From: a virus
DNA: 64,000 nucleotides
Virus record (IMG/VR): IMGVR_UViG_3300045988_182214
Direction: 5' to 3' (one strand)
Shown: piece by piece, positions 55,971 through 64,000 of the stretch
How the letters are laid out: each line of letters opens with the position of its first letter
Numbering within the stretch: the stretch's first letter is position 1
Made by a program: the position numbers and the translations under genes
The notes under the pieces: model-generated
What the model saw: the letters and a program-made list of their open reading frames with translations, nothing else
Told to the model about the DNA's origin: nothing
Database searches by the model: none

Positions 55971-56276
55971 ATGAAATTAGTTATGGATAAAGAAACCTTA
56001 ATAACACTGGAAGAATACAGAGCTGCTCACAATCTGCCAAAGATTGAGAATTATGGAATGAGCGTTGAGCATAATCCGAAATCAAAAGAAATTTATGATT
56101 TCATCAGTGAGGTGGACTTTGTAAATGGGGATGCGTTCTGCTTCAAATGTGGTGGAGACGGAGATAATGGAGAGATGTTTATGTCTCTGTTGGATGAGTA
56201 TTTTAAGCAAAAAGAGTGTAAATTAGCTAAAGAGTCTGATGAAAATGAAGAAATAAATGACATTGATTTAGACTAA
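55971..56276 (+). CDS. hypothetical protein
   Basis: SD AAAGGAG upstream. Confidence 0.45.
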   Translation: MKLVMDKETLITLEEYRAAHNLPKIENYGMSVEHNPKSKEIYDFISEVDFVNGDAFCFKCGGDGDNGEMFMSLLDEYFKQKECKLAKESDENEEINDIDLD

Positions 56277-56621
56277 AGTATCTCTAAAATTCATCGAAAA
56301 GGTTATAGTTGGCAGATGAAATTTGGTACTCTTATCAAAGATAGGTTTAAAAATGATGAAGTAAATGCTATTTTAGATTATCTTTCAGAATCAGAGATAA
56401 AAGATAAATTAGCAATAGAAACATTACAGGTAATTTTTATAGAAATTGGAGATAAAAATGGTTTTAATCAATAAATATAAATATACAAAATATGCCGAAA
56501 GGGGTGAGTATCATTGCGATATAAGCAAATTCCTTGATGAACAAGCAGGTATTAAAAAAGAAGATAGATGGTTAAGTCCTATTTTTGGTTAAAAAAATTG
56601 AAAGAAAAAGGAGAAAAGTAC

Positions 56622-57185
56622 ATGAAAGTTTATGATACAGGATTAATATGTGGACGATTTCAGACATTTCATAAAGGACATGAACGCCTTGTAGATACAG
56701 GATTATTGTTGTGTGACCGGTTATTGATATTGATAGGTTCTGCACAGGAATGTGGTACAGAGCGAAATCCTTTTAATATTAATACAAGGACTAAGATTCT
56801 TAAAGAGATATATGGCGATAGACCGGAAGTGATGATTTATGGTTTAGCTGATTTAACAGATGAAAATGATATCCGCCCGGAATGGGGCAGATACTTACTT
56901 AATAATACTGACAGATACATTCATAAGAATCCTGAAATAATGATTTATGGAAATGATGAATCCCGAAGCAATTGGTTTGATAAGAAAGACCTTGCTAATA
57001 CAGCAGAACTTATTATGAACCGCTATGATATGCCTATCTCTGCTACAATGGTCAGAACCGCTATGGCTAAAGATGATAGGAAGCTCTGGATGTCTTATGT
57101 AAATCCCAGATTGCATAAAATGTATGATGAGCTAAGAGAAGAACTTATGACAGTTGAATTCTATAAGAATCTGGCTAAAGAATAA
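56622..57185 (+). CDS. nicotinamide-nucleotide adenylyltransferase (NadM-type NMNAT)
   Basis: GRFQTFHKGH matches the NadM/NadR signature GRFQPFHxGH of the (H/T)xGH nucleotidyltransferases; ISATMVR matches ISSTxIR; SD AAAGGAGAA upstream. Confidence 0.75.
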   Translation: MKVYDTGLICGRFQTFHKGHERLVDTGLLLCDRLLILIGSAQECGTERNPFNINTRTKILKEIYGDRPEVMIYGLADLTDENDIRPEWGRYLLNNTDRYIHKNPEIMIYGNDESRSNWFDKKDLANTAELIMNRYDMPISATMVRTAMAKDDRKLWMSYVNPRLHKMYDELREELMTVEFYKNLAKE

Positions 57186-57209
57186 TATGTAAATATAAAG
57201 GAGTTTATT

Positions 57210-57518
57210 ATGGCATTTAAAAATTTTTTAGATTTAAAGGTTGGAGACAAAGTGGTATGTTTAGATGAGTATTCAGGGGGAACATCTTACCATGAATTAG
57301 TAATTAATGAAATAGAAGATGATAGTGAATACGCTACTGAAACCAATCCTACCGGCAGACGATATTTTGGAACAGACCAAGCTTATGTGGACGAGAACGG
57401 AAACTTTGATGAAGGAGATAATGAATATCTGACTGTCGTAGATGAAGGAAACTATTTATATGTGGTTGACAAAGATGCTGCATCAAAAGAAAACTATGAT
57501 TGTGATTATGACAGATAA
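57210..57518 (+). CDS. hypothetical acidic protein
   Basis: SD AAAGGAG upstream. Confidence 0.45.
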   Translation: MAFKNFLDLKVGDKVVCLDEYSGGTSYHELVINEIEDDSEYATETNPTGRRYFGTDQAYVDENGNFDEGDNEYLTVVDEGNYLYVVDKDAASKENYDCDYDR

Positions 57519-57563
57519 AAATGGTCAAAGGTTTAATTATAAAGCCTGATTAAAGGAGTTAAT

Positions 57564-57731
57564 ATGGATAATGCAAGCATTAATGATAGATTGATAAAAA
57601 TAGAACATAAGGCAGAGCAGATGGATTTAACATACTTTAAGGATTCAGACGGTAAGTATTGTATATGTGATGTTGACTGGATTGGCAGATTTGATACATT
57701 GGAAAAGTTAGAAAACTATCTTGACTTATAG
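57564..57731 (+). CDS. small protein (55 aa)
   Basis: SD TAAAGGAG upstream; below the ORF-track cutoff. Confidence 0.35.
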   Translation: MDNASINDRLIKIEHKAEQMDLTYFKDSDGKYCICDVDWIGRFDTLEKLENYLDL

Positions 57732-57744
57732 GCAGGTGGATGAA

Positions 57745-57945
57745 ATGGTAAAATGCTGTGCTAATTGTAAAAATTGTGTAGCTATTCCAAGGAATAATAG
57801 CTATAACGATATTGATTATCTATGCGTAATAAGCAGCTATTTTGTTATAAGCGTACATAAGGATATAAACAGGATAAAGCATTTGACTCCGGGTGGTAGA
57901 GAACTGGAATGTAAATATGAACCTGATGAAAGGAGATTGACATGA
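57745..57945 (+). CDS. Cys-rich small protein (CCANCKNC)
   Basis: SD AGGTGGA upstream of ATG 57745 (in frame with ORF-track start 57721). Confidence 0.4.
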   Translation: MVKCCANCKNCVAIPRNNSYNDIDYLCVISSYFVISVHKDINRIKHLTPGGRELECKYEPDERRLT

Positions 57946-58151
57946 ATTTATTAGAAAGCTATATAAAGGAAATACATTCAGTTAATGATGTTACAGAAGA
58001 CTTTATGAAGCATTGTGGCTATGAACCTAAAGAGACATTATTTGAAGTAGACTTAACTTCTGTATGCTATGGTGTTACTGAAAGAACAAAGAAGATGTTC
58101 TGGAAGAGTGAATTTGAGAAAGTAAAGAAGGATGGCTATTATATGTCATAA
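57942..58151 (+). CDS. small protein
   Basis: SD AAAGGAG upstream; overlaps the upstream stop. Confidence 0.4.
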   Translation: MNLLESYIKEIHSVNDVTEDFMKHCGYEPKETLFEVDLTSVCYGVTERTKKMFWKSEFEKVKKDGYYMS

Positions 58152-58163
58152 AGGAGATAAAAT

Positions 58164-58496
58164 ATGAAAATATATTTTGAAGATGGAAGATTAGATAACC
58201 CACCATTTTGTGATTATCATGTAGATGCCGCTGAAGGAGTAATGGCTAATATATATTGGCTGGATGCTATTAAAGAAAAAGTACCGGATTCAGTTATTTA
58301 TACCAATTCAATTTTTGCCTTTGATAATACATATGCTTGGGATAATGAACTTAATAGACCTGAAATTTATTTAAGAGATTCATCAGGCGAATTTAAAAAT
58401 ATAACTGAATTTACAGCAAGATTATTAAAAGAAGGACATAATCTTGCTAAATTATATATAGCCGGGGAATTTAAGAGAAAGGACATATGCATATGA
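58164..58496 (+). CDS. hypothetical protein
   Basis: SD AAGGAG upstream. Confidence 0.45.
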   Translation: MKIYFEDGRLDNPPFCDYHVDAAEGVMANIYWLDAIKEKVPDSVIYTNSIFAFDNTYAWDNELNRPEIYLRDSSGEFKNITEFTARLLKEGHNLAKLYIAGEFKRKDICI

Positions 58497-58867
58497 TTAA
58501 ATGTAATAGCAAATTTGCCTATTGTGATAAATGTGTGGCAGATATGGACGCACAGCAAAGTTTAGGCGGAACAATATGTTGTGATACAGCAGAAGATCTT
58601 GAATACAATAAAGAAAATATTTTAACTCATTGTGAATACGCTGAACTTATAAAAGATAATAAGCCGTCTATAAAACTTGAAAACATCTTTTTGTTTGATG
58701 TTGCAGATGGTTGTAATGGAGGATTAATAATTGCAAATGATTTAGATGACGCATGGGAAAAGCTGGCAGCAGATAGAGATTGCCCAGTAAAGGATTTTAA
58801 AAAAATGGCTTGTATAGCTCCAATTACGACATTAGATTTAACAAGAAATATACATAACTTATATTAA
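58487..58867 (+). CDS. hypothetical Cys-containing protein
   Basis: SD AGAAAGGA upstream. Confidence 0.45.
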   Translation: MHMIKCNSKFAYCDKCVADMDAQQSLGGTICCDTAEDLEYNKENILTHCEYAELIKDNKPSIKLENIFLFDVADGCNGGLIIANDLDDAWEKLAADRDCPVKDFKKMACIAPITTLDLTRNIHNLY

Positions 58868-58938
58868 AGGCTAATGCTTGAAAATATAATAATGTAAATA
58901 AAACCATGAAGTTTTAAATTCATAATATGTTCAATGAA

Positions 58939-58970
58939 CACCGGTTACATTTGTAGCCGGTGCTTTTTTA
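58939..58970 (+). terminator. rho-independent terminator
   Basis: CACCGGTTAC attt GTAGCCGGTG followed by CTTTTTTA; near-duplicate of the hairpin at 42608. Confidence 0.7.
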
Positions 58971-58983
58971 TTTTCTGTCATAT
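58970..58983 (+). promoter_or_regulatory. promoter-like motif TTTTCTGTCATAT
   Basis: 36 nt upstream of ATG 59019. Confidence 0.55.
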
Positions 58984-59018
58984 TTATTTCAAATCATTTT
59001 ATAAAGGAGAAAATATAT

Positions 59019-60299
59019 ATGGCAGAGAAATTTACATGGAACTTTAGCAGCATTGCCCCAGAATGTTTATACAGTGAATACAAGAAAGTAAGAATAGGTA
59101 TTGAAGGAGTATATGCTTATGGAACAGGATATCTGGTTGATAAAACTGCATTTGAAAGAGAGTTATATCCAGAACTTGCAATAGCCGGATATCTGGTTGA
59201 TTTTTCAAGAACTTATGGTGTCTGTGATGAATTAAGGCTTGTAAGTAAAGACAGTTTAAGAAATAATATATGTCTTAATCCCGAAGCATTATTTAATGTA
59301 TATATGCATCCGGCAGAATTTACAGGATATATGAAAGATAGTGATGTTGAAGAAATCACTGAAATTTTAAAGAAGAACAGCTTTGTAAAAAATGTAGAAG
59401 TTACATATAAAAAGCCAGTACTTAATCTTACGAACAATGAATATAAAAAGGTCATAAGAGATAATTTCACAAATATCTGTAAATATATAGCACATTTAAA
59501 GGAATTAAAATATTCAGATATAGATGCAGCATTTGAATTTGCAAGAAATTACGGCAACATAACACTGGAAGATCCTAAGACTGTTCTTAGCAGTGATACT
59601 GTAGAAGTAAGATATATAACAGAATTCTTGGATAATTTAAAAAGCTTAGAAATAGATATAAGAGATCTTAATAAGCTATCTAAAGAAAAAAGTATATCAG
59701 CTAAAAAGGATAATGAAAAGTCAAAGCTTAAGATTCCAGATATCATAAAGGATTTATTTTTAGATTCTAAAATTATAATTAGGATAAATAATGAACGTGA
59801 GCATCAGATATTTTTGGAGAATTTTAAAAACGATATGAAATTAATATCTTTATCGTATAAGTCTGAATATACTTATTATTTAGCAGACAATGGTGGTAAC
59901 AATCTCACAAGATATTCAACAGCAATATTGGAGCCTGATTTAGATGATAAATTAGAGCTTAATTTAGAAGAAATATACGAAATTTCTCAAATTAAAAAAA
60001 TACCGGATGTTATTATAAATATGTTTATAAATAAAGAGATTGCTATTCAGGTTAATAGTAAACTGGAACAGTATATGTTATTTTTGACATTATATGGTTC
60101 AGGTAAATTTACAATCATTCTTAAAGATTATCCTTTTTATCACAAAAAGCATCCATTTTATTGTATTAATACGGTGAATAAAGTTGATGATAAACAGTAT
60201 ATGGAAGATATTGCTGAAATAGATAACATAAAGCAGTTTGTAGAATTTAATGATTGGGATAATATTCAGAGAATAACTGAAGACAAACAATATATATAA
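59019..60299 (+). CDS. hypothetical protein (426 aa)
   Basis: SD AAAGGAG upstream. Confidence 0.55.
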   Translation: MAEKFTWNFSSIAPECLYSEYKKVRIGIEGVYAYGTGYLVDKTAFERELYPELAIAGYLVDFSRTYGVCDELRLVSKDSLRNNICLNPEALFNVYMHPAEFTGYMKDSDVEEITEILKKNSFVKNVEVTYKKPVLNLTNNEYKKVIRDNFTNICKYIAHLKELKYSDIDAAFEFARNYGNITLEDPKTVLSSDTVEVRYITEFLDNLKSLEIDIRDLNKLSKEKSISAKKDNEKSKLKIPDIIKDLFLDSKIIIRINNEREHQIFLENFKNDMKLISLSYKSEYTYYLADNGGNNLTRYSTAILEPDLDDKLELNLEEIYEISQIKKIPDVIINMFINKEIAIQVNSKLEQYMLFLTLYGSGKFTIILKDYPFYHKKHPFYCINTVNKVDDKQYMEDIAEIDNIKQFVEFNDWDNIQRITEDKQYI

Positions 60300-60343
60300 C
60301 AGATAAGAAGCCAATACATAAAAATGAAAAGGAGAGAAAAATT

Positions 60344-62023
60344 ATGTTGATTGATACTCAGAGAATTGAAGATTTTTTAAAAACACATAGCTGCCACATA
60401 ATAAACGAAGAGAAGACCTTGGAAGATAAGGTAACTTATCCGGATTTTACCACAAACAGATACGAGAGCGTATTCAAGCAGCTACAGACTGATATCGAAG
60501 TTGAGAAAACTTATGATGCACTTGAGGATGTGTTATTTGTTGAAAATAAGGATGGAGATTTAGTATTAGCTGGACCTTATGAATTTACGATAAATGAAAA
60601 GATATATTCATATGAAGCAGGTACACCAAGAGAACCAATCTGGAAAGATATGTTTAATCTTCATAGTAAAGGAGCAGAGTTTACATATAGTACAGAATAT
60701 GAAGATGTTAATTATGAAACAGTAGAGAGGAACAATAATAAAGAGACTCCTTATATGAATATACTTAACAATCAGAATTTAAAGAAGAAATATGATAGTG
60801 GTGAAATAAGAATACCCGATAATATTATGTCAAAATATATGAATGAAAAAGTTGTCTTTGTAATAGATAATAAGGAAGAAAGAGATATATTAGCCTATAA
60901 TATAGCTAGATTCTCTTATACTGGGATTATTCCTGAATATAATTCAAATAAGCCTTACTGGTTTAAAAATAATGATATAACTTGCAGTAACTTTAAGACA
61001 ATTCCATTTAAGTTTCAATTTATGATTTATACAGATTTTTCAATAATCCTTGAACAAAGTAAATATAAATCAATGTGTTTTAAGGATAAAAAAATAGCTG
61101 AGTATGGTTATGAGTTTAATGATGGCGACCAAATATGGAGTGATACAACAGAAATTTATAAGACGGATAATGATAACCTTTTTATAAAAAAATACGAAGA
61201 TGGATATAATGAAAAAGTTAAATATTCCACAATAAGTCTCAATAACTTAATAAAAGAAATCCAACAGCATAAGAAAGATAAAGGTAAAAGTAGAAGAGGT
61301 GGTTGTTTTATTGTAAAAGACATTCCGAATGAATATTATAAAATAGGAGAAAAGAATATAGAATTGGATATACCTTCAAATAATGAAAAACATAATACAA
61401 AAGCCCTGTTATCACAGGCTGAATATATTGGAAGAGAAGATATAGAGCATAAACTTGAGGCTGGAGAAGAATGTGATGAGGACATGACATCAATATTATA
61501 TTTCAGACTTCCAAAGGATAACTCTTATATAGCAGAAGCTTATGAAAAAGAAACTGTTGAAGCTGCAAAGGAAGTAGGTTTAAAAATAATATTTCCATAT
61601 AAGAAATTGAATCCGGCATCAGGAGAAGCTTATCTTACAGCAGATGTTGATGGGGATGCATTTAAACTTGATACTTTGATAAATCTTAAACCAGAGGATA
61701 TAAGCAAGTTAATTACAAACTCCTATATTAAAAACTTTTGTAATGGTGATATCGCAATTAAGATAAATTCACAGGAAGAACTTGATATACTTTTATCCCA
61801 GCTACAAAATAAAGATGTAAAAGCACCCGTTTATATACATTATAATTCAAGATTTCCATATTTCTATATTGACAGAATTTCTGGTAGGCTTAAAGCAAAC
61901 CATAATTTTAATAATATAAATAGCGTTCATTGCATAGAGCATTGCTATAATTTTTCTGATTTAATAGATAAGGATAAACAAGATAATAAACAGGAAGATG
62001 AACCTGTTATAGATTTAGATTAA
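60344..62023 (+). CDS. hypothetical protein (559 aa)
   Basis: SD AAAGGAG upstream. Confidence 0.55.
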   Translation: MLIDTQRIEDFLKTHSCHIINEEKTLEDKVTYPDFTTNRYESVFKQLQTDIEVEKTYDALEDVLFVENKDGDLVLAGPYEFTINEKIYSYEAGTPREPIWKDMFNLHSKGAEFTYSTEYEDVNYETVERNNNKETPYMNILNNQNLKKKYDSGEIRIPDNIMSKYMNEKVVFVIDNKEERDILAYNIARFSYTGIIPEYNSNKPYWFKNNDITCSNFKTIPFKFQFMIYTDFSIILEQSKYKSMCFKDKKIAEYGYEFNDGDQIWSDTTEIYKTDNDNLFIKKYEDGYNEKVKYSTISLNNLIKEIQQHKKDKGKSRRGGCFIVKDIPNEYYKIGEKNIELDIPSNNEKHNTKALLSQAEYIGREDIEHKLEAGEECDEDMTSILYFRLPKDNSYIAEAYEKETVEAAKEVGLKIIFPYKKLNPASGEAYLTADVDGDAFKLDTLINLKPEDISKLITNSYIKNFCNGDIAIKINSQEELDILLSQLQNKDVKAPVYIHYNSRFPYFYIDRISGRLKANHNFNNINSVHCIEHCYNFSDLIDKDKQDNKQEDEPVIDLD

Positions 62024-62099
62024 AAATAAGGCTTTAGCTGGAAAAAATAACAGTTAGAGCCTTCTAAACAAAAAAACAAAACAGAAGGAATAAAATATT

Positions 62100-62528
62100 A
62101 TGAATGAATTAAAACTTAAAATAGGAGATAAAGTACTTATAACTAATGGACTTCCAACAGAAGATAAAATAGGAACAGTAATAAAAATTACTCCAACCGG
62201 AAGAATAAAGTTAGATATATATACAGACTATCAGTTTGATAAATATGGCAGACAGATGGGAAACAGAGATATATGGAGCAGAAGCAAAAGCATAAGAATC
62301 CCTGATAAAGAAGATTATAACAGAGTCCATAAAAATGAAATTATAGGGCATATTTATTCAAAAATTAAACAGGTCAATATTCAGAATTTTTATGATACAA
62401 ATATTAATACACTTGAGATTTTAGATAATTGTCTGGATTTAATAGGAGAAAGTAAAGAGCCTGAATATATAAAATCAAATGCAGATAATTCAAATAACCA
62501 GAGTATTGATTTGAATGAAGAAAGGTAA
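62100..62528 (+). CDS. hypothetical protein
   Basis: SD GAAGGAA upstream. Confidence 0.5.
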   Translation: MNELKLKIGDKVLITNGLPTEDKIGTVIKITPTGRIKLDIYTDYQFDKYGRQMGNRDIWSRSKSIRIPDKEDYNRVHKNEIIGHIYSKIKQVNIQNFYDTNINTLEILDNCLDLIGESKEPEYIKSNADNSNNQSIDLNEER

Positions 62529-62542
62529 AAGAGTATAGCTTT

Positions 62543-62896
62543 ATGGAGAATAAAAGTGTTAGAATAAAATTAGACATTATAGATAAATTAAAAAATGCTA
62601 AACATCAGATATCTTTAGATGATGAAGATTTAGAACACTATCAGGAAGCTATAGATGATGCAATTGAGATAGTAAAATCTTCAATTATTCCTGAACCTGT
62701 AAAGAAATTAACAAGAAAAGAGCAGGGCAAAATAATATGTGAGCATTTAAAACATGATGGTGATGATTTAGATGAAACAGTAATGATAAGTTCTGTATGG
62801 GATGCTTTAAAAGAGATTGAAAAGATTAATGACAGTAAAGGTATAAAAGAATCTAATTGTCCTGCATTATATTTCCATGCAATAGAAAAGGAATAG
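62543..62896 (+). CDS. hypothetical acidic protein
   Basis: Weak SD. Confidence 0.45.
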   Translation: MENKSVRIKLDIIDKLKNAKHQISLDDEDLEHYQEAIDDAIEIVKSSIIPEPVKKLTRKEQGKIICEHLKHDGDDLDETVMISSVWDALKEIEKINDSKGIKESNCPALYFHAIEKE

Positions 62897-62914
62897 GTAA
62901 ACAGATTATCAAAA

Positions 62915-62948
62915 AAGCTTCTATGTAAACTCATAGGAGCTTTTTTTT
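62915..62948 (+). terminator. rho-independent terminator
   Basis: AAGCTTCTATG taaac TCATAGGAGCTT followed by T8. Confidence 0.75.
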
Positions 62949-62975
62949 GATATATATGTTAATTTATTAATTTTA

Positions 62976-62989
62976 TTTTTCTGTCATAT
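62976..62989 (+). promoter_or_regulatory. promoter-like motif TTTTTCTGTCATAT
   Basis: 36 nt upstream of ATG 63025. Confidence 0.55.
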
Positions 62990-63024
62990 TTTCATTAAAT
63001 AATTTATTTAAAGGAGACAAAGAT

Positions 63025-63375
63025 ATGAAAAAGTTCATTTACAACAAAATAGTAACAGATTATAGCAAAAAATCAAAAGAAGAACTTATACAGGAGATCA
63101 TGGCACTAGAAAGAATTGAATGCTCTGATAGATGTTTCGCTAATCAGTGCGAAGCAGGTAATGCTATAGCAAATATCAATAGATTGTTTGCAGCATTAAA
63201 CGATACGCCAGAAATATCTAATTATGTTCGCAGTATAATAGTTGATGCAGAAATCAGTTGGGAATATATTACAAGTGGAATTAGTACAATTAATGATGAT
63301 TCAAGATGCGAAAATGCATTAATAGAATTTAAAAACAGAGTTGCTGAAGCTACTGATGATGACGATTGTATTTAA
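63025..63375 (+). CDS. hypothetical protein
   Basis: SD AAAGGAG upstream. Confidence 0.5.
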   Translation: MKKFIYNKIVTDYSKKSKEELIQEIMALERIECSDRCFANQCEAGNAIANINRLFAALNDTPEISNYVRSIIVDAEISWEYITSGISTINDDSRCENALIEFKNRVAEATDDDDCI

Positions 63376-63407
63376 ACTTAACAAGGTATTAAAAAGGAGA
63401 TAAGTAT

Positions 63408-63632
63408 ATGAATAGATATATTGTAGCAATTCACAGGATAGATGACGAGGACCCATTGTTATTTTTAGTTTTTGCGGATGATACAAGAGAATATGTAAAC
63501 CAGGTAATAATTGATGCACAAAAGGAATTTCATTTTTTAGATTGCTGTGATCTTATGGACTATGTATGCGATACCTATGATTTTAAATGGGAAGATTTTT
63601 CATATGATATTAGTTTTGATATGAATTTGTAA
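63408..63632 (+). CDS. small acidic protein
   Basis: SD AAAGGAG upstream. Confidence 0.45.
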   Translation: MNRYIVAIHRIDDEDPLLFLVFADDTREYVNQVIIDAQKEFHFLDCCDLMDYVCDTYDFKWEDFSYDISFDMNL

Positions 63633-63711
63633 TGTAGAAAAAATAAAAATAAACACATAAAAGCGTATTTCCTATGCTTAGAAGTATTTGTATGAAAACA
63701 TATTTTGATAA

Positions 63712-63852
63712 AAAAACGATACGGCAGAAAGTAATTGGAACTACGTTAAAAATGGAATTGCTGAAATTAACGATAATTCAAGATGCAGTAAGGCGTTAAA
63801 AAATTTTAAAAACAGAGTAACAAAAGTATCTGATGATAATGATAGTATTTGA
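63712..63852 (+). pseudogene. remnant of a paralog of 63025..63375 (C-terminal part only, no start codon)
   Basis: ...SNWNYVKNGIAEINDNSRCSKALKNFKNRVTKVSDDNDSI* versus ...ISWEYITSGISTINDDSRCENALIEFKNRVAEATDDDDCI*. Confidence 0.5.
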
Positions 63853-63890
63853 AATTCGCATTTCAACAGAAAGGAAAAGGAGGATAAATT

Positions 63891-64000
63891 ATGTCACATT
63901 TTATTACATTAGTATTTACAAAAGAAAACGGGAAATCAGTTGAGGAGTTGCTTGCTCCATTTGATGAAAATATTGAATATGCTCCATATGTTAAGTATAC
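63891..64000 (+). CDS. hypothetical protein (partial; continues beyond window end)
   Basis: SD AAAGGAGG 7 nt upstream of ATG 63891; MSHFITLVFTKENGKSVEELLAPFDENIEYAPYVKY... Confidence 0.45.
   Translation, partial: MSHFITLVFTKENGKSVEELLAPFDENIEYAPYVKY

Noticed and set aside
1096-62989. Reading TTTTCTGTCATAT simply as a terminator T-tail
   Set aside because: Many copies do follow a terminator hairpin, but others (2986, 3565, 9786, 12233, 16436, 42771) have no hairpin upstream. The invariant part is GTCATAT, not the T-run, and the distance to the start codon is constant.
1-64000. tRNA, rRNA and CRISPR arrays
   Set aside because: No conserved tRNA T-loop or cloverleaf stretches (GGTTCGA.TCC) were seen, and no repeat-spacer arrays. 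The only GGTTCGA (43594) lacks the rest of a T-arm. A tRNAscan run would be needed to be certain.

Overview
This window is AT-rich phage or prophage DNA with every annotated phage gene on the + strand. At the left edge it abuts a visibly higher-GC, minus-strand bacterial LysR-family regulator gene (1..776, partial), which is probably a host-prophage junction. The 5' 35 kb is a replication/recombination and host-interaction module: RecJ-like DHH exonuclease, RuvC-like resolvase, RecA, a CHC2 zinc-finger (primase-type) protein, an SPFH/flotillin protein, a Cas4-like Fe-S nuclease fused to a UvrD-type helicase, two CPBP/Abi-family intramembrane proteases, a DNA methyltransferase, a guanylate-kinase-like protein, a FEN-type 5'-3' exonuclease, a polbeta-type nucleotidyltransferase and a phage sigma-70 family factor. 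The PolIII-alpha (dnaE) gene is in three pieces: a ~425-nt ORF-less putative group I intron (24272..24696), then a 5.67-kb insertion of about ten genes that splits it into two separately initiated cistrons. The 3' half (36.5-64 kb) is a hyperplastic region of more than 60 small ORFs, many Zn-ribbon or acidic proteins, plus a Lar-like protein, a YqeY-like protein and an NMN adenylyltransferase. The most striking signals are non-coding. A 13-nt motif TTTTCTGTCATAT occurs about 32 times, always about 40 nt upstream of a start codon. A roughly 58-nt element with a covarying hairpin occurs six times, twice between a promoter motif and an intrinsic terminator, which makes it a candidate sRNA family. 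Two ORF-less regions (4741..5152 and 35274..36552) carry short direct repeats or iterons. Several short linker repeats and gene-remnant fragments point to cassette shuffling. Two reading frames continue through an in-frame TAG. No tRNA, rRNA, CRISPR array or integrase was recognised.
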